The notes beneath the pieces are model-generated. The model worked only from the letters and a program-made list of their open reading frames with translations, searched no databases and was not told the DNA's origin. This document shows, piece by piece, positions 1-6,670 of a stretch of 21,891 nucleotides of DNA. The position numbers and the translations under genes are program-made. Source of the stretch: Hormoscilla sp. (lineage in GTDB: Bacteria; Cyanobacteriota; Cyanobacteriia; Cyanobacteriales; Desertifilaceae); assembly GCA_051439505.1 (NCBI GenBank), contig JBFRWI010000094.1, forward strand, positions 1 through 21,891, written 5' to 3'. Numbering within the stretch: the first letter of the stretch is position 1; every line of letters begins with the position of its first letter.

Positions 1-81
1 ATGAAATTATTCCGTCAGTCCCAACCGGATGATTGGCATTCTGTCTTTGCCCAAGTACGGGATGCTTTGTCGAAATATTGA
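1..81 (+). CDS. 3' end of a probable TPR/glycosyltransferase (GT9-like C-terminus) protein; partial
   Basis: Frame 1 reads MKLFRQSQPDDWHSVFAQVRDALSKY*, matching the typical '(PWYPT)MRLFRQ..GDW..V' tail of cyanobacterial TPR-glycosyltransferases. The gene starts upstream of the window. Confidence 0.65.
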   Translation: MKLFRQSQPDDWHSVFAQVRDALSKY

Positions 82-88
82 CTTTTAT

Positions 89-160
89 CAATTAGTCTCC
101 TGGCCCGCCGTGGGTTCAAACCCACGGCTAACAGCTAAAGTCGGTTGAAAACCGACTAAA
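89..160 (+). repeat. Dispersed double-hairpin (REP-like) element, family A, copy 1
   Basis: GCCCG-CCGTGGGTTCAAACCCACGG-CTAACAGCTAA-AGTCGGTTGAAAACCGACT, two palindromic stems. Related copies at ~431, ~582, ~2344, ~12121 (truncated) and ~19619. Confidence 0.9.
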
Positions 161-195
161 AGTATTGTCTCGAAATGATTGAGCGCGATCGCAGC

Positions 196-334
196 GTAGG
201 GTGGGCACCGCCCACCACCGGATTGAGGGGCGATCGCACCCCACATTAAGCAGGGTAGGGTGGGCACCGCCCACCACCGGATTGAGGGGCGATCGCACTT
301 CACATTGACCAGGGTAGGGTGGGCACCGCCCACC
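196..334 (+). repeat. Tandem array of GTAG-type REP-like palindromes (family B), 59-bp period
   Basis: GTAGGGTGGGCACCGCCCACC starts at 196, 255 and 314. The near-identical spacers each carry a HIP1 site. A further copy lies at 19091. Confidence 0.9.
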
Positions 335-397
335 ATGATATTGTCGCCCAAATGCGGGATCCCCTACAGATAAATTTACACGGCAGCAAGGTAGCAC

Positions 398-671
398 CTC
401 ATATCTTGCACCATTATCAACAAGCCCGCTAGCCCGCCAGGGGTTAAAACCCCTGGCTAATAGCTTAAGTGGGTTAAAACCCACTGGACACCTTCTCTAG
501 ATAAGAATTTCCTGTCGTTCCCAGGGGTCGCCTGTAGGAACGAGGGGAACGAGGAAAAAAACACTTTATTTATAAGGTTTTCAGTCGGTTTTCAACCGAC
601 TTGAGCTATTAGCCGTGGGTTTAAACCCACGGCGGGCCATGAAACTAATTTACAATGGTGCAAGATCTCAG
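398..671. mobile_element. MITE-like element with ~18-bp terminal inverted repeats, enclosing two inverted family-A copies
   Basis: CTCATATCTTGCACCATT (398-415) and AATGGTGCAAGATCTCAG (654-671) share a perfect 13-bp inverted core. Family-A copies lie at 431-487 (+) and 582-650 (-). There is no credible ORF and no clean target duplication. Confidence 0.65.
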
Positions 672-703
672 ATGCACCCGACATTAGGCGATCGCACTTG
701 ACA

Positions 704-1450
704 TTAACCGAGAGAGTCCGGGTCAATATTCAACTCGCGCAGTTTTGCTGCTAGCAGTTCTGCTCGTTGTTGAGCGGCCTCATGAGGAGTTAAAATCAAT
801 TCACCCTCCGATGTAAACCACCGCAACCACAGACGATTAGCACCTTTATAACTCCCCTGCCACAAACCTAAACTCAACTCCAACTGTGAAATCTGCAAAC
901 GCCCGTCAGTCAACGAAACTGGTTCGTATTGACCAGCTACTAGGTGAAATGCCTGGAATTCATCTTTGTCCTGACTGAACACTATGTAGTAAGGCACTCG
1001 CAGTATTTGCTCGTATACTTGCCACTTCGTAGGCGGGTTTCCTGGTTGGCGCCGGGTCCGTCCCAAATCTTCATTTTCCGTACTGGGGGATAATAGCTCA
1101 ATTATCACCAATGGACTCACCTGTTCTTGCCACATCACGTAGCTATTCCGCAGATCGCGGCCTTCGTAGAGTCTGTCTACTCCTACTACCGCAAACCAAT
1201 CTGGGCGTTTGTACCAATTCAGATGGCGGTGATCGTAGTAAATGTTGAGGTCAGATGCCGCAAACACTTGGGACGGGGTAATATTCTGCGGTTGGAAAGT
1301 GTCTTCTAAAAGCGTTGACTGTCGTCCGTGAAATTGGTCTGGCATGGAGATCTCCTCGGGATCTTCGCTGGGCAAGTCGTACATTGTCGGCAAGGTCTGC
1401 CGAGGTGAAAGAGGTTTCTTGGATTGGGTGGATGTTGCTGGTTCGTTCAT
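704..1450 (-). CDS. Uma2/DUF820 family PD-(D/E)xK putative endonuclease
   Basis: LPTMYDLPSEDPEE N-terminus, PDWFAV and IELLSPST motifs, and the tail AELLAAKLRELNIDP are typical of cyanobacterial Uma2 proteins. Confidence 0.92.
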   Translation of the reverse strand: MNEPATSTQSKKPLSPRQTLPTMYDLPSEDPEEISMPDQFHGRQSTLLEDTFQPQNITPSQVFAASDLNIYYDHRHLNWYKRPDWFAVVGVDRLYEGRDLRNSYVMWQEQVSPLVIIELLSPSTENEDLGRTRRQPGNPPTKWQVYEQILRVPYYIVFSQDKDEFQAFHLVAGQYEPVSLTDGRLQISQLELSLGLWQGSYKGANRLWLRWFTSEGELILTPHEAAQQRAELLAAKLRELNIDPDSLG

Positions 1451-1521
1451 TGCCCCATCTCCTACTAGGCGGTCTTCTCTATTTTAATACCCGATCGCCC
1501 CATAAATCGCCCCCAGGTCAA

Positions 1522-1588
1522 AGAAACCGGGTTTCTGTAACGATGTTGGCAGGAAGGCGAGAATGTCGATAAAAGAAACCCGGTTTCT
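1522..1588. repeat. Paired AGAAACC(G/C)GGTTTCT palindromes (family C)
   Basis: AGAAACCGGGTTTCT at 1522-1536 and AGAAACCCGGTTTCT at 1574-1588. The same pair recurs twice at 19431-19596. Confidence 0.85.
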
Positions 1589-1618
1589 GGGTCAACCCAC
1601 GGGCGATCGCTCCGGGCA

Positions 1619-2200
1619 TCATCTATTGATATTCCTGATGCGCAACCAACCAAAGATTTGACTCGCAGTCAATTGTAAATGGGGGAGAAAGCTAGGAACG
1701 GGTAACAAAACATCATTACCGATCTCAAACAACCCGGGGGGCGAATTCAAATTGTAGGTAAGTATGAGTTCCTCTCCCGGATCGATCAGCCAACCTAATT
1801 CGGTGCCGTGGTTGAGACAGTGGAAAATGTTGCGAGTCACCCGAGTTGCTAGTTGGTCCGGACTGAGAATTTCAATCGTCCAGTCCGGATGGGTGGTAAA
1901 AGAATTCCCGATCGTCCCATCGGCATTAGTAGAGAGTCTCTCCCATCTAAACACTGCAATGTCGGGAACCGTGGAACGATCGCCAAAGGTACAGCGTAAC
2001 TCCGGTAATGCCAGAGCAATAGATTCTGCTTCCGCTACGGCATTAATAGCATCGAGCAGTTTCTGCTGAATGCGGCTATGTTGTCCTTGGGGCATGGGCT
2101 TTTGTAACAGTTGACCGTTAATATATTCCCTAGCGGGTTTCGTTTCCGGTAAGGCCAGAAACTCCTCCAGAGTCAGTTGTTTTATTGCAGTCTGAACCAT
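1619..2200 (-). CDS. Uma2/DUF820 family putative endonuclease
   Basis: LTLEEFLALPETKPA.EYING, PELRCTFG, VPDIAV, PDWTIEILSP and GWLIDP motifs. The ATG at 2200 is preferred over the TTG at 2206. Confidence 0.93.
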   Translation of the reverse strand: MVQTAIKQLTLEEFLALPETKPAREYINGQLLQKPMPQGQHSRIQQKLLDAINAVAEAESIALALPELRCTFGDRSTVPDIAVFRWERLSTNADGTIGNSFTTHPDWTIEILSPDQLATRVTRNIFHCLNHGTELGWLIDPGEELILTYNLNSPPGLFEIGNDVLLPVPSFLPHLQLTASQIFGWLRIRNINR

Positions 2201-2343
2201 TAGCAATTCTATCCTTTTTAGTCATACCATTTTGTCAAAAAATGCTGCAATTATTTCTTATGATTTATTCGTATGTTGGGTTAATGTTCCTGATATCCCT
2301 TACCAAACAGACAATATTACTAATACTTTTTATACAATGTTTC

Positions 2344-2437
2344 CAGTCGGTTTTAACCGACTTTAGCTATTAGCCGGGGGTTTGAACCCCCGGCGGGCCA
2401 TGAGACTAATCGAACCCCCGGCGGTCTAACAGCGAAG
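2344..2437 (-). repeat. Family A double-hairpin element plus a partial duplicate
   Basis: AGTCGGTTTTAACCGACT-TTAGCTATTAG-CCGGGGGTTTGAACCCCCGG-CGGGCC, followed by a second GAACCCCCGGCGG...ACAGCGAAG at 2412-2437. Confidence 0.9.
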
Positions 2438-2450
2438 TTACTTACTTAAA

Positions 2451-3962
2451 TTAACCACTATAACGAGGACGCCCCAAGGTGGTAATGTAAACAACAGCCT
2501 CATCTGCGGGAATACCTAAAACATCGTTAACCTGGTCGTCAAAAAAGCCTCCAATGCCGCTGACTCCTAAACCCAGGTGAATGGCAGCAAGGTTCAGCCT
2601 TTGCCCCAGATGACCCGCATCCATGTGCAGGTAGCGATACACCCGATCGCCATATTTCTCCACAGCTTTTTGCAAGTCAGCGGTATGAAACAAGACAACA
2701 CTAGCATCCCGGCCCAAATCTTGCCCCAAACATAAATAATGTAACTGTTGCCGGAAGTTTTTAAACCGAATTTGGCGGAGTTCTTGAGCTTTGGGCGCAT
2801 AATAATAGCAGCCTTCATCTAATCCCGTCACCCCAGAAACCGCAATAAAGGTTTCCAGCAAACTCAAATCAAAATAGTCGGGCTCGCCATCTAACCCCTG
2901 GTCGAGGTAATGTTGAGGTTGATAGGTAAAGTCCAGCAAGGCTTTCAGTTCATCTAAGGTTAAGTCCCCACCGCTGTAGGCACGAGTAGAACGGCGCTTG
3001 AGAATGGTTTGTTCTAAATCTTTCTGCTTGTCTGAGAGCGCGATCGGGCTTGTGGCAGTAGACAGCTTCAGACAAAATGGGAAATTATATTTATCTTCCC
3101 CCGTTTCCTCATCAGCAGCCTCCTGCCAATTGACTCCCATCTGAGTATCTGACTTAATCTCGGTAGCCCCATGGAGGTATGCTAATAGTTCCCCATCTCG
3201 GATGCGAGGATATTCCCTTTGGATGGCAGAGGCCAAAGCTGTTCTGTAGCAAGGTCCGGACTCTTCTGTCAGGGGCATAACGGCGATCGCCCCTTCCTGT
3301 TGCGAGTCTAAATATAGTAGGTCATTCACCTGGCGATCGACAAACCCGCCAATCAGGCCAACTCGGTAGCCATTCAAAGCTCCTGCCAATTCTATATTAC
3401 CCAGCAGATGACCGGTGTCGAGAAAAATCCGCCGGTAAGCACGGTCTTGGTAGCGCCAAGCCGATCGATAGAATACAGCAGTTGTGACAATTGCCAACTG
3501 GGTAGTCTTTAGTAATGGATGTCCGAAACAGGCAGCTTGCAGCTCATCCCAGACATCATTATCCCAAAAAAGCACCAAAGAATGAGTCTGAGGCTGATAG
3601 TTGTATAACCCAGGCTTGAGCAAAGGCGTCCCACGAGAGATCAGATAAACTTCAGCGGGGTACAGCCCCCCTGCCGAGGGGGCCGATCTCATATAAAACG
3701 GTTCTCCCATCATCGTCGGCACCATTGCTGTCACCCCATAACTGCAAAACAGCAACCGGGATAACCGCTGCCATTTACTCTTGCTCTTGGTCCTCTCCTG
3801 TAAATAGGGCTTCAGGTCAACTGTCGTCCCGATTTTATATGACTTGAACGGCACCGGTTGTTTCGACCAGTCCAATCCCTGACTCTTGGCAGCTATGGTT
3901 TCCGGGTCGTACTTGGTCCGTTCGTGGTAATGCTGGGCGATCGAGGCTTTCTGTTCTGGCAT
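2451..3962 (-). CDS. SagB/ThcOx-family FMN-dependent nitroreductase-like dehydrogenase with two nitroreductase domains
   Basis: RSAPSAGGLYP, RRSTRAY, YRRIFLDTGH and YRYLHMDAGHLGQ motifs. Likely start MPEQKASIAQHYHERTKY at 3962; the ORF track extends to 4025. Confidence 0.92.
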   Translation of the reverse strand: MPEQKASIAQHYHERTKYDPETIAAKSQGLDWSKQPVPFKSYKIGTTVDLKPYLQERTKSKSKWQRLSRLLFCSYGVTAMVPTMMGEPFYMRSAPSAGGLYPAEVYLISRGTPLLKPGLYNYQPQTHSLVLFWDNDVWDELQAACFGHPLLKTTQLAIVTTAVFYRSAWRYQDRAYRRIFLDTGHLLGNIELAGALNGYRVGLIGGFVDRQVNDLLYLDSQQEGAIAVMPLTEESGPCYRTALASAIQREYPRIRDGELLAYLHGATEIKSDTQMGVNWQEAADEETGEDKYNFPFCLKLSTATSPIALSDKQKDLEQTILKRRSTRAYSGGDLTLDELKALLDFTYQPQHYLDQGLDGEPDYFDLSLLETFIAVSGVTGLDEGCYYYAPKAQELRQIRFKNFRQQLHYLCLGQDLGRDASVVLFHTADLQKAVEKYGDRVYRYLHMDAGHLGQRLNLAAIHLGLGVSGIGGFFDDQVNDVLGIPADEAVVYITTLGRPRYSG

Positions 3963-4099
3963 AGGTCTGGCCTTGTTTAGCAAATATAGCAGCAATTTTA
4001 CATTCTGCACCCCCATTGGGGCCATCGGGGCCAGGCCGCAGGCATCCCATGAGACCGCATTACAAATCTTAAAAAAGAATTATAACAACTGAGACTGCC

Positions 4100-4117
4100 G
4101 TTACAATCCTTTACATT
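4100..4117 (+). promoter_or_regulatory. HLR1 element (RpaB-binding direct repeat)
   Basis: GTTACAAT-CC-TTTACATT is an exact match to (G/T)TTACA(T/A)(T/A)-N2-(G/T)TTACA(T/A)(T/A), located in a divergent intergenic region. Confidence 0.7.
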
Positions 4118-4194
4118 GGCAATCATAAGCATAAATACTGACAAATACCGAGAGAGCGAACTGGTGGCAGCACGATCGGTCGAATGCAAGTAAG

Positions 4195-4734
4195 ATGGAG
4201 CAAAAGATCAGCGCAGAGGAATTACTGGCTCAATATGCCCAGGGCGAACGAAATTTTGAGGGGATTGACTTACGAGAGGCTGATTTATTTGAAGCAGATT
4301 TACGGGAAATTAACCTCAAGGATAGCAATCTCACGCAAGTATACCTACATTATGCTAATCTAAGTCAAGCTTCTCTGCAAGCAGCTCGACTTCAGGAGGC
4401 GCAACTTGGAGATGCTCAACTCTATAATGTTAATTTATCTGGGGCTATGCTTCGGGGGGCTAATCTTTCCAGAGCTAATCTCCGTTATGCGAATTTGCGG
4501 GGTGCTGACCTGTCCGATGCCAATTTGCAGGGTGCCGACTTGTCTAAGGCCGATCTAGACGGTGCCGATCTCAGTAAAGCTAATTTTAGTAGAGCTAACC
4601 TAGAGAATGCTAAGTTGGCAGGGGCCCAGTTGCGCGGCACTAACTTTTTTAATGCACAAAATGTCAATTTTGTCAAGGCTGACCTGGATGAAACGACCAT
4701 TTTTCCCGATGGGCACTGGCAAAGGATCTCTTGA
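4195..4734 (+). CDS. Pentapeptide repeat protein
   Basis: A(D/N)Lxx repeats throughout, an 'ELLAQYAQGERNF' N-cap and a 'TIFPDG' C-cap. Confidence 0.95.
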   Translation: MEQKISAEELLAQYAQGERNFEGIDLREADLFEADLREINLKDSNLTQVYLHYANLSQASLQAARLQEAQLGDAQLYNVNLSGAMLRGANLSRANLRYANLRGADLSDANLQGADLSKADLDGADLSKANFSRANLENAKLAGAQLRGTNFFNAQNVNFVKADLDETTIFPDGHWQRIS

Positions 4735-4742
4735 GGGTCAGC

Positions 4743-4834
4743 GGTCAGTAGTATTAGAGGTAGGTGGTCAGTAGTATTAGAGGTAGGTAGTCAGTGGTAA
4801 AAGTTCCCACGTTCCAACGTTCCAACGTTCCAAC
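4743..4834 (+). repeat. Short tandem repeats: 23-bp x2, then 8-bp GTTCCAAC x~4
   Basis: GGTCAGTAGTATTAGAGGTAGGT at 4743 and 4766; GTTCC(C/A)AC units at 4803-4834. Confidence 0.85.
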
Positions 4835-4884
4835 TATAACTGCTACGAGTAAAACAAAGGCAAAGAAGAATCTGGGTGATGATA

Positions 4885-5079
4885 ATGAATAACTACCGTG
4901 TAGCTCTTGGTAAGGGTGATAATTTAGATCAGACTGGTGTGGTGGAGTGGTTTCAAGTGCAAGCTGACTCAGACTCTCAAGCCGAGAAGGAGGCTTTGGC
5001 TAGCTTGAGTGCTAAACATGCTCTGGACTCCGAAGAGTTAAAACAGTGGCAAGTTGTCGTACTTCAGAAACAGCCCTAG
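4885..5079 (+). CDS. Small hypothetical protein (~64 aa)
   Basis: The ORF is co-oriented with its neighbours, has plausible beta-beta-alpha-beta patterning and ends 42 bp before nfi. No family recognised; the start could be 4876. Confidence 0.55.
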   Translation: MNNYRVALGKGDNLDQTGVVEWFQVQADSDSQAEKEALASLSAKHALDSEELKQWQVVVLQKQP

Positions 5080-5121
5080 AGTCAGGCACGAGAATGAACA
5101 ATTAGCAATTGTCACAAACCC

Positions 5122-5781
5122 ATGCAAATTAAGAGGCGTCATCAATGGCCTACTTCCACCTCTGAGGCAACTGCAATTCAACAACAGCTAGTCTGTAAGG
5201 TAATTACTACGGACCAGCTTGAGTCGGTGCAGTATGTGGCGGGAGTGGATGTGGGCTTTGTTGATGACGGTGCTACCAGTCGCGCTGCGGTGGCGGTGCT
5301 GAGTTTTCCCAGTCTGGAACTCTCCGAACAGGCGATCGCCCAACGCCCGACTCAGTTTCCTTATGTTCCGGGATTCCTCTCTTTCCGGGAAATACCACCG
5401 GTGCTAGAGGCTTTAGAAAAACTTAACACAACCCCGGACTTAATTTTATGTGATGGTCAAGGTCTGGCTCATCCCCGCCGTTTTGGTCTGGCCTGTCATC
5501 TGGGGGTATTGACTGATATCCCCACTATCGGCGTCGCTAAGTCCCGGTTAATTGGCACTCATGCTGAATTGCCAGGGGCAAAAGGCAGTTGGCAACCCCT
5601 CATGCATGATTCCGAAATTATCGGCGCTGTACTCAGAACCAGAAGCAACGTCAAACCTCTGTATGTCTCTATTGGTCATCGCGTCAGTCTCCCTACTGCC
5701 ATAGATTACGTCCTGCGCTGTACTCCTAAGTATCGTCTCCCAGAGACTACTCGGATCGCCGATCGACTGGCCTCCCAATAG
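5122..5781 (+). CDS. nfi: Endonuclease V (deoxyinosine 3' endonuclease)
   Basis: [42 protein letters not shown] and [11 protein letters not shown] motifs. Confidence 0.97.
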   Translation: MQIKRRHQWPTSTSEATAIQQQLVCKVITTDQLESVQYVAGVDVGFVDDGATSRAAVAVLSFPSLELSEQAIAQRPTQFPYVPGFLSFREIPPVLEALEKLNTTPDLILCDGQGLAHPRRFGLACHLGVLTDIPTIGVAKSRLIGTHAELPGAKGSWQPLMHDSEIIGAVLRTRSNVKPLYVSIGHRVSLPTAIDYVLRCTPKYRLPETTRIADRLASQ

Positions 5782-5805
5782 CTTGGCTGTATGGGCCGCC
5801 CTTTG

Positions 5806-5840
5806 CACCTCCGGACGGGCGGATCGCCTGTCCGGAGGTG
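5806..5840. terminator. Strong GC-rich hairpin downstream of nfi
   Basis: CACCTCCGGACGGGCG-GAT-CGCCTGTCCGGAGGTG forms a 16-bp stem with one G-U pair. There is no U-tract on the + strand, so a terminator role is uncertain. Confidence 0.45.
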
Positions 5841-5971
5841 GCGCAATGGTCGGGACTAGCCAAAAACTTCCCAGAAGGCAGAATTCCTCTATAACTGATA
5901 TATGATAACATTATATAGCATCAGGCTGAATGTAACCCAACGGGCAGAAGTTTTACTAAAAAGTGGGTTTT

Positions 5972-6541
5972 ATGACAGATAATCAATCGATACGCTTGCA
6001 AGTTAAACTCGATCGCTCCTATATCGCCATTTACCATGAAGATAGGGAAGTGGGATTTTGTACGCCGGAATTTGCGGACTTAATTGTGGAAGCATTAAAT
6101 GAAAACGATCAGTTACACGAAGAGAATGAAACGATCAATAAAGCACTGCAAATGGCTTGTCGGGAATTGATCAAACGCTCTGGGGGCAAACCGAATCAGG
6201 TGAAGCAACTGATGCGCAAATACCTGCGAAAAGCTAAACGTCCCAAACATGGCAGTCGCGCGATCGCCTACTTGCTACGGGACAGGCAAAAGCAACTTGA
6301 TGTCAGCAATCATGAATTTATTCGTTTCTGCGATTCTTACAAATTGTCTCCTCAAGAACTGCTTGATATTTACAAGGGTAAAGAAGTTACTGACGAGCAG
6401 CTCAGAGCCGTGTCACGGATAGTGGGTAAATCATTTGATGAATTGGTTTCTACCCGGGATGGTTTCTCTAATAATCAAATGAACAAGCTAGCACGCATAC
6501 TGGGTACTTCCAGTCAGGAGTTGGCTGAATTGTTTGAATAA
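5972..6541 (+). CDS. Hypothetical protein, possibly with XRE/HTH-like C-terminal helices
   Basis: Long ORF (GTG 5963 or ATG 5972). The two similar motifs LRAVSRIVGKSFDELV and MNKLARILGTSSQELA resemble XRE-type 'L..IA..LG.S..EL'. Confidence 0.75.
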   Translation: MTDNQSIRLQVKLDRSYIAIYHEDREVGFCTPEFADLIVEALNENDQLHEENETINKALQMACRELIKRSGGKPNQVKQLMRKYLRKAKRPKHGSRAIAYLLRDRQKQLDVSNHEFIRFCDSYKLSPQELLDIYKGKEVTDEQLRAVSRIVGKSFDELVSTRDGFSNNQMNKLARILGTSSQELAELFE

Positions 6542-6670
6542 TTGAGAATTGAAAATTGAAAATCGAAAATTGAAAAAATTAAAATAGTCATTAGTAGTCA
6601 TGAATAGAGGTCTTTACCTTTTTCAATTAGCAATTAGCAATTAGCAATTAGCAATTAGCAATTAGCAATT
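6542..6670. repeat. STRR-type heptamer tracts between convergent genes
   Basis: Degenerate AATTGAA repeats at 6542-6580, and CAATTAG x6 plus a partial unit at 6624-6670. Confidence 0.9.

Noticed and set aside
196..334. Mini-CRISPR
   Set aside because: The spacers are near-identical to each other, the repeat recurs as an isolated copy at 19091, and it has a REP-type GTAG signature.
88..484. ORFs 88-351 and 128-484 (-)
   Set aside because: They are translations of repeat DNA (VGGAHPT / RWWAVPTL are family B read-outs).
2451..3962. RiPP (TOMM/cyanobactin) cluster around the SagB-like gene
   Set aside because: There is no cyclodehydratase, protease, transporter or precursor peptide nearby; stand-alone two-domain homologues are common in cyanobacteria.
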